A DNA stretch of 64,000 nucleotides from Vulcanimicrobiota bacterium (GCA_963812155.1 CAWETW010000002.1:192001-256000), one strand, 5' to 3'. Positions 30,344 to 40,875 are shown, counted from the stretch's first letter. Notes: generated from the sequence alone by a model not told the origin. Made by a program: numbers and translations.

Positions 30344-31155
30344 GATGCGAACAACTCCTCGCAAATCTCATGGGCGAAATGGTTCGTGAGGTAACGGCGA
30401 TGGGCCGGGGAGCCGTGAACGTCGTCGAGGTAGAGCTCGGGCGGAATCGTCGCATCGATGACCCCGCGAAGGTCGTGCGCGAGAAGCATTCGATCGAAAC
30501 GCAACTGCACGGGATGAACCGTGGCGGCCGTGACGGTGACGACGACCTCGTCGTGTGCGCGGGTGCCGATCAACAGGACTGACGACCGTCCGAGGTGCGT
30601 CTGCGACGCGCGGCGGAACGCGTGGCGCCGCTCCAACACCGACGCGGACACGTGAATCGCGCGCAGCAGCTCGCCCGGCGCCAGCACGTTGGCGTGCACG
30701 CCCGTAACGAACTCCGCTGCCGGAATGCGGCGTGCAGAACCCTCACGAGGCCACAGCTCGTACGTCGCTTCCAACGCGACGGTCAGCGAAATCATGGGGC
30801 CGGCGGGAAGCGACATCACAATGTTGCCGCCGATCGTCGCTTCGTTCCAAATCTTGAAAGACGACAGGAACGATCGGCAGCACTCCGCGATCAGCCCTCC
30901 CGCGATCCACTGCTTCGGCGGGGCGAAAGCATACAGCTCGGCAATCTTGCACGTAGCCGCGATGTCGAGCCCGTCACCGGTCGACGTCAGCGCCGGCCAA
31001 CCCAGCGTTTCGAGATCGATGAGCGTGTCGGTCTGAATCTGCGGCTCGGAAAACAGCCACGTACCGCCGCCGAGCCACGCGTTTCCGGGACGCCACCCTT
31101 GGATTTCTTCGAGCGTACGAGGACGTTTGACGTCCGTAATCGTGTTTAAATTCAC
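30340..31155 (-). CDS. Xanthine dehydrogenase-family FAD-binding subunit
   Basis: WLGGGTWLFSEPQ, KIWNEATIGGNI, N.LAPGELLR; TAGTG overlap with the upstream stop. Confidence 0.93.
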   Translation of the reverse strand: MNLNTITDVKRPRTLEEIQGWRPGNAWLGGGTWLFSEPQIQTDTLIDLETLGWPALTSTGDGLDIAATCKIAELYAFAPPKQWIAGGLIAECCRSFLSSFKIWNEATIGGNIVMSLPAGPMISLTVALEATYELWPREGSARRIPAAEFVTGVHANVLAPGELLRAIHVSASVLERRHAFRRASQTHLGRSSVLLIGTRAHDEVVVTVTAATVHPVQLRFDRMLLAHDLRGVIDATIPPELYLDDVHGSPAHRRYLTNHFAHEICEELFAS

Positions 31156-32108
31156 TACCCCAACAGCCTCCAGAAAACAGCCAGCTCGATCGCGTAGCAG
31201 AAAAGCAAGATAAACGGCATCGCCGTCACGAGCGCTCGTTGTTGACCTTCGGGGTAGAGCCATGGATGAAACCCACGAAGGGCCAGCGGCAGCAGCGGCC
31301 ACGTTGTCAAGGCGACGCTAATGGCGTTTCCGGTAAAGGTTCCGAGCGCCGGCGAAAAACCGGCCATTTTCAACACGGGATTGAGAAACTTCAATTCCAG
31401 CATGATGACCGGAAAGAGCACGAGTAAAATTAGCGAGGCCGTCTTCCACCTATTGGGCGGCCGCCCGGTCGCGGGATCGGCTGGGACCCATCCCGGAAAC
31501 GACGTGTCGACGCGCTGCGCGTCGAAGCCCTCGATGAGCTCGTCGGCTTCCTTCAGCAGGACAGCGCGTTCCGGCGACTCGAGCCAGCGCTCGAGATCGC
31601 GAACCGCGTTGAAGCGCAACACCGTCGTCCACCCGGTTTCGTTCTGATGCGGCGGCTGTACGAACGATCCGATATATCCGGGAAACGTTTGCTGCACCCG
31701 CTGAATCTTGTCCGCGAAGGCGCGGTACGCTTCGTCCTTCCCAACCTTTATGTGGGTGATGATGACTTCCGTCGCGCTTTGCTGAAGATAATATTCGACG
31801 GCCGCTTTGCCAGTAAGCTGCATCACAACGCCGCCTTCGACGAGCGCCCTCGCGCTTTCGATCAGGGCGCGATTCGCTTCGCTATGGCGCCACACTCGCA
31901 AAGCGTCGAGCGTAGCAAATCGGGCAATGCTGACTGTCTCGTCTTGGTCGGGGGTTTGCGGAACTTGTTCGCAGCTCTGCGCGCCGGGCGAGCGCAGCGC
32001 TTCGGCCTGCCAACGAGCTTGCCACGCGCGAAATTCCGGCTCTTTCCCTTCGCGCACGCACGCGCAGAGAATAAGCGTCGCTCCCAATCCCGGTGGCGTC
32101 GCGCCCAT
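31155..32108 (-). CDS. Tandem ABM-like (antibiotic biosynthesis monooxygenase fold) protein with C-terminal TM helices
   Basis: Two domains V..GKE..F..W...(F)PG...RF.....L..W..S..R; PP.RWK followed by hydrophobic helices; GGAGG before ATG at 32108. Confidence 0.8.
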   Translation of the reverse strand: MGATPPGLGATLILCACVREGKEPEFRAWQARWQAEALRSPGAQSCEQVPQTPDQDETVSIARFATLDALRVWRHSEANRALIESARALVEGGVVMQLTGKAAVEYYLQQSATEVIITHIKVGKDEAYRAFADKIQRVQQTFPGYIGSFVQPPHQNETGWTTVLRFNAVRDLERWLESPERAVLLKEADELIEGFDAQRVDTSFPGWVPADPATGRPPNRWKTASLILLVLFPVIMLELKFLNPVLKMAGFSPALGTFTGNAISVALTTWPLLPLALRGFHPWLYPEGQQRALVTAMPFILLFCYAIELAVFWRLLG

Positions 32109-32195
32109 ATCGTAAAGCCTCCGCCAGACATTTTCCGCGAGCAGAGTCTGCGCCCTTGTGGAAGAACGCATTTTCGTGCCGGGCGTGCCGGACGG

Positions 32196-32630
32196 CTATT
32201 TCGGAGCGCTCGTCTCCTGCGCCGCGATGGCCATCCAAACGCCGTGTTCCTTAACGAAGACGTCCGTAAAGCGCTCGCGCACGGTTTTTCCGGATACCGT
32301 CATCGTATTCAAACCGTGCACGATTGCGGCCGAGCTGCCGGCGAAGTCGGTCGTCTGATCCGTCCATTTCATGGGCGGAGCCGGCTCGCTCGCGGTGGCA
32401 AGTTCCTGTGCACGGTCGAGCAGCTTTCCGTCGCTCGTCACGTGCTTATACTGTGGCGCGAGGATGGATGCGATCGTGGTGCGGTCGCCGGCCATCAACG
32501 CTTTCACCCATCGCGCTTCCAATTGCGCGATTGCGGCTTCGTCTGTCTGGGTTGTCGCAATCGCAGGCCGAACAGCGACTAACAACATGATGGTAGCGCA
32601 TGCGAGCGCGCATCGTCCGATTTGAGTCAT
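32196..32630 (-). CDS. Secreted NTF2-like / DUF4440 protein
   Basis: Signal peptide; LEARW..A...GD....ILA..Y......G; RFTDVFVK..G.W..IAAQ. Confidence 0.88.
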   Translation of the reverse strand: MTQIGRCALACATIMLLVAVRPAIATTQTDEAAIAQLEARWVKALMAGDRTTIASILAPQYKHVTSDGKLLDRAQELATASEPAPPMKWTDQTTDFAGSSAAIVHGLNTMTVSGKTVRERFTDVFVKEHGVWMAIAAQETSAPK

Positions 32631-32827
32631 GCGACTCTACGTTCGCCGCCGTAGCTCCGGCGCCCTCAGATCGGAATTACCGACGGTATGTATGGCGGAT
32701 CAACAACCACCATAAACATTGTTCTTAGCAATCAAGGCTACGGTGCCGAACGTCTGTTCAGCGTCCGCAAAGGAACTCACCAGATTGGGTATCCGTAGTA
32801 CTAGAGAAATGGGGGGCAGAATCAGGC

Positions 32828-33773
32828 ATGCGAGTAATTGTTATCGGAGCAACCGGCGCGATCGGAAAACCGTTGGTCAGCCAGCTTCACGAGCGCGGGC
32901 ACGAAGTCATCGGTACGTCGCGATCGGCGAGGAATTCGGAGCGACTCCGTGAGCTTGGTGCACAGCCCGTGGTTCTCAACGCGCTCGATCTGGAAGCGAT
33001 GCGTAAGGCTTTTCGCGGAAACGCGCCCTGACGCCGTAATTTATCAGGCGACCGCTCTTTCAAATCTTTCGGATTTCAAGCACTTCGATCGGAGCTTCGC
33101 CGAGACCAATCGGCTGCGCACGGAGGGAACGGCCAACCTCGTCGCCGCCGCTCGCGAAACGGGGGTACGCCGGATCGTCGCCCAAAGTTTTTGCGGCAAC
33201 ATGCGCTACGAGCGCAGTGGCGGCCCGGTCAAGACCGAAGACGATCCCATCGACCCCAACCCGCCAAAAGGCACGCACGAGTCGTTCGCAGCGATGGCGT
33301 ATCTCGAAAAGGCCGTTACCGATGCCGGGGGAATCGCGTTGCGGTACGGCGGCTTTTACGGTAAGCCCAACGACGCATTTGTAACTGCAGTGCGTGCGGG
33401 CAAGTTTCCAATCGTCGGCGATGGCGCCGGCGTGTGGTCATTGATTCACGTGGAGGACGCTGCTGCAGCAGCAATCGCCGCGCTCGACCATGACGGCGCC
33501 GCTATTTACAACATCGTCGATGACGAACCGGCGCCTTGTCGAGTTTGGTTACCGGAAGTCGCCAAGATCCTCGGCGCGAAGCCGCCGCCTCACCTCCCTG
33601 TATTTCTCGCGCGACTTCTGGCGGGCGAACCCATCGTTATTATGGAGACCGAATCGCGCGGCGCCTCGAACGCGAAGGCAAAGCGAGAACTTGGCTGGAC
33701 GCTGAAATATCCGAGCTGGCGTCAGGGATTTGCAGCAGCGTACGGTCAGCAAGAGGCCGTGGCAATGCAATGA
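32828..33773 (+). CDS. NAD-dependent epimerase/dehydratase; +1 frameshift at T-run 33010-33013
   Basis: MRVIVIGATGAIG in one frame; RPDAVI.Q.TAL, TNRLRTEGT, LRYGGFYG, IHVEDAA in the next; deleting one T gives gct ttc gcg gaa and joins them. Confidence 0.88.
33556..33577 (+). repeat. 22-bp direct repeat, copy 1 (inside the epimerase gene)
   Basis: aagtcgccaagatcctcggcgc, identical to 40877-40898. Confidence 0.85.
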
Positions 33774-33792
33774 TTCGCTCACAAGCCTTCGG

Positions 33793-36700
33793 CTAGTCAC
33801 CGCCGATGACCGCCGGCGCCGTTCCGGTTCCCGACCAAACGGCGTGCACCGGTGCTGCGGTGAGCTGGCGCTCGTTGTGGTTCGACCACTGCAGACGGTA
33901 CTTCTCGATCTTCAGCCTATCACCGGAACCGCCGCTCGCGAGCAGATCGGCACCAATCGTCGTCGAGGTCGTCGCCACGCGCACTGCCGATGCGCCGGAG
34001 AACGGTTTAAATGAAGCTATTTCGCTGAAGTTCGAAGCGAGTTCGTGCATCATCGCGCTGCGCAGGTACATCTTCGGAGCACCTTGGAGTGCGGTCGTCG
34101 TTGAAAACAGCTTTACCGTACCGGCTGCGGAGAGTTGACCGACGGCAATCGCTTCAGCGCCGCCGTACTGACCGGCGAGCCAACCCGTCGCGACCGAAAT
34201 CGGCCCGCGATAGCCGTCGCCGAAGGGCATGAACGCGGCATCGAGATGCGGAGTGCCCGGATTGTTCGGCCACGCCGGCGGCGCACCGATCGGCGTCATG
34301 AGTGAGTACGAGAACACCTTGACCTGACCGCCGCTGCCGGAAGCGGTCACGATACTGTTGCGTCCGGTGAGGAAATCGACAAATCCAGCGGCCAGGTTTA
34401 CGCCGGAAGCGTCGTCGCCGTAGGGCTCAAACGTTGCGAACGTCGCCGGCGCCGTGCCGACGCGGGGAAGCTCGCTGCCAAAAATACGGACCTGATCTTT
34501 CGAGCCGGCGCCGGAACCAACGATGATGTTGTCCGGCGCTCGTCCATCGATTTGCGTGGAAGCGACGCTCACGCCTCCGGTCTGCGCGGCGTCGAACGCT
34601 TGGAACCGTGCCAGTTCGGCCGTAAACGGCTTACCTCCACTCCCGGCTGCGCCGGAATACGCCACCACTTCGGGCGAGTGTCCCTTGCCGGCGCCGACGA
34701 TAAGGTCGTACACGCCGTCGCCGTCTACGTCGCCCATCGCGACGCTCGGCGTGCCGAAGAAGTCTGGGAATGGTGTCACGCTTCCGATCAAACGATCGCC
34801 GTTACCGTCGAAGACCTTGACGGTCGCCGGACGGCCGGGCGAACCCGAAACTGCCACCGCGTAGGCGGAGACGGCGGGAATGACGTTCACGAGCATCATC
34901 AACCCGTTGTCTTCGTGGTTGAGCCGATGACAATGCAGCACGTACAAGCCCAAGTAGTCGATGAAGTGCGTCCGCATCGACAGGGTACCGGGCTGGATCA
35001 CTGACTCTTCGGGCCCAAGCAGCGGTGCAGGAACGTTGGCGTTGTCCTCACCGTGCATTTGCGGTCCGAGCTTGAGCCCGGTCGTCGGATCGTGATACGC
35101 GGTGACCTGGAAGTCGTTAACGTGCACGTGAATCGGGTGCGCGTCGTTATTGTGGTTAACGAAGTCCCATTCTTCCACCGAACCGAGCCGCGCTTGAATC
35201 AAGGGCACGTTGGGAAACGCGTTTCCAAAAAACGCGTAGACGAACGCCTTAGGATCCTGCTTGCTGGCGTGGTTGTTCAGGAATCCGCCGTTGATGAGCA
35301 AGGTGCGCTTGACGTCGGGTGTGACCTTGGAGAGATCGTGGAACGGCGTCGGAGCGTCGAGCTGCTGTCCCGGCGCAAACGCGGTCATCACGCCTTGACC
35401 TTCCTCGGGAACCGCGTTGAGCAGCGCCTGCGACGGGAACATGAAAAATCCGTCGGCGTAGCTGATCGACTCGGGCAGGATGCTCAACGAGCCCAAATGT
35501 GCCGGCGGATTCTTCGTGCCATCGTTGGTGTAGAGGATGCCGGGCGCCGAGAGCGCACGGGCGCCCGAACCCAGACCCGGCAACTCCATACGCAGGCCAC
35601 CTTTGGCCGGCATCGTCACGGCAATCGCATAGCGCGATGCGGGTGGAATCAGCAACTCCGTTCCGTCCATCTCGTGCGGATACTCTACTCGACCGTATGC
35701 GATGCCGTCTTGTCCGACGATCGCGATCTTCGGATGATAACCGGTCGCGGTCTCGGTCAGCCGCACGTTCATGTACGCGATGTCGCTGACATTCGCGAGT
35801 ACCCAAATTTCGGTTTGCCCTGGTTTGACTTTCAGCACCGGCTCGAGCTGGCCGTTCACGGTGAATTGTGTGTCGCGCTCGTAGTCGGGGAGCTTGAGGT
35901 TGGCTTTCATCACGGGCCCGTCTTTGGCGAACGGCGTAAAGCGCTGCAAGTTCAGGGGCACGAACTGGAAGCGGCCGCGCTTGTTATCAATCGAAAGCGG
36001 TCCCGTGTACCATACCGTGGCCCACTGCGTGCCCTTCTTCGACTGCAGGAAGTTCACCGGCGCGAGGAGTGGACGATAGGTGCCGTTGGCGAGTTGGTCG
36101 CCCTCGGGTTTGATCAACGTGCTGACCCACTGCGGCCAGTTCGGGTTGGTCATCTGGGCCATTCCGTCTTTGCGATCGAAGACGGTGTTGTACTGCAGCA
36201 GCATCGTCCGAATCGGAACGTGGTTTTGCGTGACCAGCGGGATGTCGCTGTCGGCGCGTCCCACCAGCAGCATGCCGGCCAAACCGAAGTACGTTTGCAT
36301 CGCCGTGAGCGTGTGCAGGTGGCTGTGATACCAGAACGTGCCCGGCGTCATGTTCTTGGGAATGTCGTAAACGTAGGTGTTTGACATTCCGGCATCGATG
36401 TGCAGCAGCACGTTGTCGGCGTTTCCGCGCGGGCTGACGTGGGCGCCATGCACGTGCAGGTTGATCGGCGACGACGTCAGCATCGTCGGATACTTAGGCA
36501 CCGTCTGCCCAACCGGCGTGTATTTTGGATCGTAGTAGTCCGGGATGGAAAGATTGCGCAGCTCGTTGTTAATGTGAACGATGAGCCGTTCGCCGGGCTC
36601 GACGTGGAGCGTCGGCGCGGGATACATGTGGCCGCCCGACATTTGGCCGTCAGAAGACGTACCGCGCTGCACGGAGTAATCGAAGAGCAGCATATTCTTA

Positions 36701-36891
36701 ACAGGCTGCGCGACCGTATCGAGCGTTCCGGTGGTCTGGCGTGGCGTCAGCGTCACCTCGAGTACGCCGTCTTTGCTCGAAAGGACCACCGGTTCTGCGA
36801 ACGGGCGTCCGCCCATGGGTGGATCGGCGGCAGCTCCGCTCGCGAACGCCAACGCAACAAGCAATACGGAAAAAGCAAAAATCCGCGACAT
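33793..36891 (-). CDS. Secreted multicopper oxidase with C-terminal FG-GAP-like domain
   Basis: HVHG, WYHSH, HPIHVH, HCHRLNH copper motifs; VAMGDVDGDGVYDLIVGAG. Confidence 0.92.
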   Translation of the reverse strand: MSRIFAFSVLLVALAFASGAAADPPMGGRPFAEPVVLSSKDGVLEVTLTPRQTTGTLDTVAQPVKNMLLFDYSVQRGTSSDGQMSGGHMYPAPTLHVEPGERLIVHINNELRNLSIPDYYDPKYTPVGQTVPKYPTMLTSSPINLHVHGAHVSPRGNADNVLLHIDAGMSNTYVYDIPKNMTPGTFWYHSHLHTLTAMQTYFGLAGMLLVGRADSDIPLVTQNHVPIRTMLLQYNTVFDRKDGMAQMTNPNWPQWVSTLIKPEGDQLANGTYRPLLAPVNFLQSKKGTQWATVWYTGPLSIDNKRGRFQFVPLNLQRFTPFAKDGPVMKANLKLPDYERDTQFTVNGQLEPVLKVKPGQTEIWVLANVSDIAYMNVRLTETATGYHPKIAIVGQDGIAYGRVEYPHEMDGTELLIPPASRYAIAVTMPAKGGLRMELPGLGSGARALSAPGILYTNDGTKNPPAHLGSLSILPESISYADGFFMFPSQALLNAVPEEGQGVMTAFAPGQQLDAPTPFHDLSKVTPDVKRTLLINGGFLNNHASKQDPKAFVYAFFGNAFPNVPLIQARLGSVEEWDFVNHNNDAHPIHVHVNDFQVTAYHDPTTGLKLGPQMHGEDNANVPAPLLGPEESVIQPGTLSMRTHFIDYLGLYVLHCHRLNHEDNGLMMLVNVIPAVSAYAVAVSGSPGRPATVKVFDGNGDRLIGSVTPFPDFFGTPSVAMGDVDGDGVYDLIVGAGKGHSPEVVAYSGAAGSGGKPFTAELARFQAFDAAQTGGVSVASTQIDGRAPDNIIVGSGAGSKDQVRIFGSELPRVGTAPATFATFEPYGDDASGVNLAAGFVDFLTGRNSIVTASGSGGQVKVFSYSLMTPIGAPPAWPNNPGTPHLDAAFMPFGDGYRGPISVATGWLAGQYGGAEAIAVGQLSAAGTVKLFSTTTALQGAPKMYLRSAMMHELASNFSEIASFKPFSGASAVRVATTSTTIGADLLASGGSGDRLKIEKYRLQWSNHNERQLTAAPVHAVWSGTGTAPAVIGGD

Positions 36892-37007
36892 TGCAACGAG
36901 CCCCCTGTTAAGGCGCAACGCGACTATGCTCTGAAAAGTTGTATGGAATGCGGGCCCGGTCCTTTGGCGGGGGAACGATTTACCTTGGCGAACGCTATGG
37001 AATTACT

Positions 37008-38846
37008 ATGCGCTTGCCTGGCCTCATCGTTTTGAGCGGCTGCGTTTTCGCTCTTGCCGCCTCTTCCTCAGCTAGTACGATCAAGCCGTTTCCGGTAAAG
37101 GCGGCGCATCCGCACGGGATCGTCTACAATCCGGCCGGCCCGCTTCGAGGTCTCTGGTTCGATAACCGAACGACGGACGACACGTCGAGCGTCGTCGAGT
37201 TCGACACGAGCAATGGGTCCGAAAAGACATATCTGACGCCGACGCCTGGTTCGCAACCTGGTTCGATTAACATTGCTGCCGATCACTCGATCTGGTTCAC
37301 CGAAAGCGCCGCGAACAAGATCGCGACGGTAACTCTCGCGCGTACGATCAAGGAATATCCCGTGCCCACGCCGCGTGCGTTTCCGCTCGACATCACGCGC
37401 GGCCCCGACGGCGCCATGTGGTTCGTCGAGGAGGCAGTCGGCAAGATCGGCCGCATCGCGCCCAACGGAACGGTCAAAGAGTTCGTCGTGGGCGACCGCA
37501 ACAGCCATCCTACTGCATTGATCACGGGGCCCGACAAAGCGATATGGTTTACCGAGGTCGGGGTCGGCAAGATCGGACGCTTGACGACGACCGGCAAGGT
37601 AAGTCATTTCAGCGCCGGAGCGGGAACGATGACCGGCGATATCACGACCGCGATTGACGATTCGTTCTGGTTCGGCAAACACGCTGCGGTGACGCGCATG
37701 ACGACAACCGGAGCGCTCACCGAGTACAAGCTGCCGAACGCTATCAATACGGGATCGATTTTTGGCAGCCGGAACGGCGGCGTGTTTATCGGCGTGATGC
37801 ATAAGGATGGCATCGGCTCGGTCACGACGGTTTCGGCGGACGGCAAACTCCGGCAGTTCGACCTTCCGCAAAAGAACCTGATGCCGGCCGAATTCGCACA
37901 GACTGCCGACGGCGCGTTCTGGATGGCGGTCGACAGCTTCGACCCGCACGCTTCGCCGGCACAACTCTTCACCTTGCCGTTGCCGGCCGTAACCGATCTG
38001 CCGCGAACCACGATCGTCACGGGAGGCGGTCCGGACTGGATGGCGACCGGCGCGGGCGCGATGTGGATCGCGAATATTAGCCTAAAGGAAGTCGAGCGCA
38101 TCGACGCGGCGACGAACGCGATCACCGCGCGCATCAAGGTCGACGGCGTCCCGTGCTCGGGCGCAGCATTCGGCTTTTCGAGCGTGTGGATTCCGCTGTG
38201 CGAAAACGGTAAAGGGACGTCGCTGGTGCGGATCGATGCGCCAACCAAGCGCGTCGCGGCGACGCTGCAGATTGCGCCCGCGAACTCCGAAGGCGGGATT
38301 ACGGTCAGCGGCGACAGCGTTTGGATGGCGACCGGCGATACGACCCTGTCGCGTATCGATCCGTCGAGCGGCAAAGTCCGCCAGCGCGTTGCCGTGCCGG
38401 CCGGTTCGCAGAATCCCGTTTACGACGACGGTCTCGTATGGATTACGAGCAAAGCATCAAACGTCCTAACGGCGGTCGACGCAGCGAACGGGCGCGTTGT
38501 AGCAAAAGTTCCGGTTCCGGGCGGTCCGCATTTCATTGCGGCCGGCGGCGGCGGAATATGGACCATTGGCCAGAACGACGGTGTGGTGACCCGTGTCGAT
38601 CCGCGCGCGAAGCGGGTCGCCGCACGGATCAATGCCAACATCGCCGGCTTCGGCGGCGACGTGACGTATGGGGCCGGATACGTATGGACGACCCTCGTCG
38701 ACGTCCCGCTAACGAAGATCGACGCGACTACGAACCGCATCGTTGCGCAGTACTACGGCCGCGGCGGCGATGCGATCCATTTCAACTACGGCACGGTGTG
38801 GCTGGCAGATTATAACAACCATTTGGTGTGGCGGATTAAGCCCTGA
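37008..38846 (+). CDS. Secreted Vgb-like (virginiamycin B lyase fold) double beta-propeller protein
   Basis: Signal peptide; IT.GPDGA.WF.E...KIGRI repeats, then a second propeller with G.G..W......RID..T..V.A.I repeats. Confidence 0.85.
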   Translation: MRLPGLIVLSGCVFALAASSSASTIKPFPVKAAHPHGIVYNPAGPLRGLWFDNRTTDDTSSVVEFDTSNGSEKTYLTPTPGSQPGSINIAADHSIWFTESAANKIATVTLARTIKEYPVPTPRAFPLDITRGPDGAMWFVEEAVGKIGRIAPNGTVKEFVVGDRNSHPTALITGPDKAIWFTEVGVGKIGRLTTTGKVSHFSAGAGTMTGDITTAIDDSFWFGKHAAVTRMTTTGALTEYKLPNAINTGSIFGSRNGGVFIGVMHKDGIGSVTTVSADGKLRQFDLPQKNLMPAEFAQTADGAFWMAVDSFDPHASPAQLFTLPLPAVTDLPRTTIVTGGGPDWMATGAGAMWIANISLKEVERIDAATNAITARIKVDGVPCSGAAFGFSSVWIPLCENGKGTSLVRIDAPTKRVAATLQIAPANSEGGITVSGDSVWMATGDTTLSRIDPSSGKVRQRVAVPAGSQNPVYDDGLVWITSKASNVLTAVDAANGRVVAKVPVPGGPHFIAAGGGGIWTIGQNDGVVTRVDPRAKRVAARINANIAGFGGDVTYGAGYVWTTLVDVPLTKIDATTNRIVAQYYGRGGDAIHFNYGTVWLADYNNHLVWRIKP

Positions 38847-38872
38847 CTATTTCCCGCAGCACCAACGGAGCG

Positions 38873-40201
38873 TTGACTTTGCTTTTTGCAGTCTTGCTTC
38901 TGGGAAGCACTGCGCCGATATTGTCTCCACCGGTCGATTACCGACCGCCCGTGCCACGCGCGACTCCATCGGCCGAGCCGTCCGGCGGCGGGTCGAGCCT
39001 TACGATCTTCGGCCAACTTAGCGGTCAATACGCAGCGAATACGACCGGCGGGCAACAGTTGGCCGACGCTTTCGCCACGTCGTTTTTATTTGGTGCCAAC
39101 TACTCGCTCGCGCACAAACGGGCCGATGAGGCGGGAACGCTCCACTTCATTTTTACCGACGCCTTTGGGAGCAGCCTCTCGCAAAACGCACTCGGAAGCA
39201 TCACGATCGTTCAGGGTGCCTACTGTTGCGGCGAAACGCCCCGGCTCACGCTCCTCAGCTACGAGCAGAACGCCGGCAAGTTCGACATACAGGCCGGGCG
39301 CCTCCCCATGCAAGGCGACCTCTTTTCGTCGTACGATTATTGGCAGTGCAATGTTTTATGCTTTTACCAAAACGGTACGATCTCCAACGCAACGCCGGCC
39401 AACGACGGATATTCGTTCTTCCCAATGTCGGTGTGGGGTGCAAATGCACGGTTCGCTCCCTCGCAACACTTCTACGTCAGAACGGGGGTCTATCAAGCCA
39501 CGCCGCTTTCGGAAATGAACCGCGGGCAGGGATTCAACCTAGGTTTTAACGGGTCGACCGGCGTCGACTTTCCGCTCGAGTTCGGCTTTTTGAACCACGA
39601 TCCTAAAGGAAACTACACCGGAGGCGTCCGTTTGGGTGCGTACTACGACACGTCGAACGCCTTGGGTGCGGAGAGCTCTCTCGGCGCCTTCGTCGCGCCG
39701 GACAATCCAGCGCTAAGCCAAATTCCTACGACGTTATATCGCGGGCAAAAAGGCGCGTGGGTTTACCTCGACCGTCTCGTCAGCGGTTCGTCCGCTCCAA
39801 ACGAGCCCGGCGTGATGCTCTGGGGTACCTATTCGTATGGCGACCCGCAAACGGCACAGTTCGTCAACATGGCGCAGGCCGGTTTCATCCAGCATGGTAC
39901 GTTTCGTAATCGTCCCAACGATACGATTGCCTTCAGCTGGTCGTACCTCGACGTCAATCCGCGTTTGCGAACGTTCGAGTATCAACTGCAGCGACAGGGA
40001 TATGCTGTTCCGATAAATGGCGTCGAACAAGGCCTCGAACTCAACTACGGTATCGACGTCGGCGAATGGGGTTTTTTCCGGCCCGCGATTCAATACATCA
40101 TCAACCCCGCGGGTCAGACGGGCGGGTACGTCTATCCGGGCGGCGTCGTCGGATTACATAACGAGCTCGTCTTCGGTTTCAACGCGACGTGGCTCTACTG
40201 A
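38873..40201 (+). CDS. Carbohydrate-selective porin (OprB family)
   Basis: RL..LSYEQ, G.S.FP.S.WG, FRNRPND, ELNYG......RP.IQYIINP; aromatic C-terminus. Confidence 0.85.
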   Translation: MTLLFAVLLLGSTAPILSPPVDYRPPVPRATPSAEPSGGGSSLTIFGQLSGQYAANTTGGQQLADAFATSFLFGANYSLAHKRADEAGTLHFIFTDAFGSSLSQNALGSITIVQGAYCCGETPRLTLLSYEQNAGKFDIQAGRLPMQGDLFSSYDYWQCNVLCFYQNGTISNATPANDGYSFFPMSVWGANARFAPSQHFYVRTGVYQATPLSEMNRGQGFNLGFNGSTGVDFPLEFGFLNHDPKGNYTGGVRLGAYYDTSNALGAESSLGAFVAPDNPALSQIPTTLYRGQKGAWVYLDRLVSGSSAPNEPGVMLWGTYSYGDPQTAQFVNMAQAGFIQHGTFRNRPNDTIAFSWSYLDVNPRLRTFEYQLQRQGYAVPINGVEQGLELNYGIDVGEWGFFRPAIQYIINPAGQTGGYVYPGGVVGLHNELVFGFNATWLY

Positions 40202-40233
40202 GCTGCTGAGTGACTTTTGGGGGGCTTTCCAAA

Positions 40234-40875
40234 ATGCTACACACAAAGGCTTTGATAAGTCTAGCGTGCGTCGCCGCGGCGATAGCGGCCATTGCTTGTA
40301 TCGGAACGACGACCACCGTGCACGCCAATGAAAAGAGAAACCTCGGCCTTGTCGGGGTGAAGAATGAGAAAGGTACGTGGCTGCAAGCTTGGAGTAACGG
40401 TCAGGTCCACGTGAATCAGACGCGCAACAGTGAAGAGACATGGTTTTTGATAGCCGTCAATCGTGCCGCTCACATATACGCATTCGCAAATTATCGTACG
40501 GGTAACTTTTTAACCAAACAGGTCGGCTCCATTGGATGTGTCAGCGCGACCTCTCCCGACTTATCAACTGCAGCCGAGTGGAAGGTAATACCCGGTAAGC
40601 CGAGTGTCGACGCGGTAGCATTGCGTAATGTTGCTGACGGGACGCTGCTCAGTGATAACGGGGGCCTAGGCAACAATTTCCATCCCGACGTGTGTCCCGG
40701 CGGCGAGGGGTCGGCAACGACAACTACGATTCCAACCGGACCCAGCCGGGATTGGGGCGGCTGGTGGGATCTCCGGTCGGTCACTAAGCCGGATCAAAAC
40801 CCGGGCAAGGAGAGCATTATGGGGGAAGCCGTTAATGTAACTCCCGTTTCCATCCCAGTGATCACCTCGCTGTAA
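40234..40875 (+). CDS. Secreted protein with fascin/ricin-like beta-trefoil features
   Basis: Signal peptide; G.WLQA..NG.V...R..EETW.L / AF.NY.TG.FL / E.W.V..VALR...G.LLS; visibly more AT-rich codons. Confidence 0.65.
   Translation: MLHTKALISLACVAAAIAAIACIGTTTTVHANEKRNLGLVGVKNEKGTWLQAWSNGQVHVNQTRNSEETWFLIAVNRAAHIYAFANYRTGNFLTKQVGSIGCVSATSPDLSTAAEWKVIPGKPSVDAVALRNVADGTLLSDNGGLGNNFHPDVCPGGEGSATTTTIPTGPSRDWGGWWDLRSVTKPDQNPGKESIMGEAVNVTPVSIPVITSL

Noticed and set aside
29171..36384. Long antisense or alternate-frame ORFs (e.g. 29171-30394, 35053-36384; also 3840-4706, 55643-56530)
   Set aside because: Shadow ORFs of well-supported genes in GC-rich DNA, Arg/Ala-rich and without motifs
37008..38846. 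Streptogramin B resistance gene vgb
   Set aside because: Secreted, fused architecture; only the propeller fold is supported
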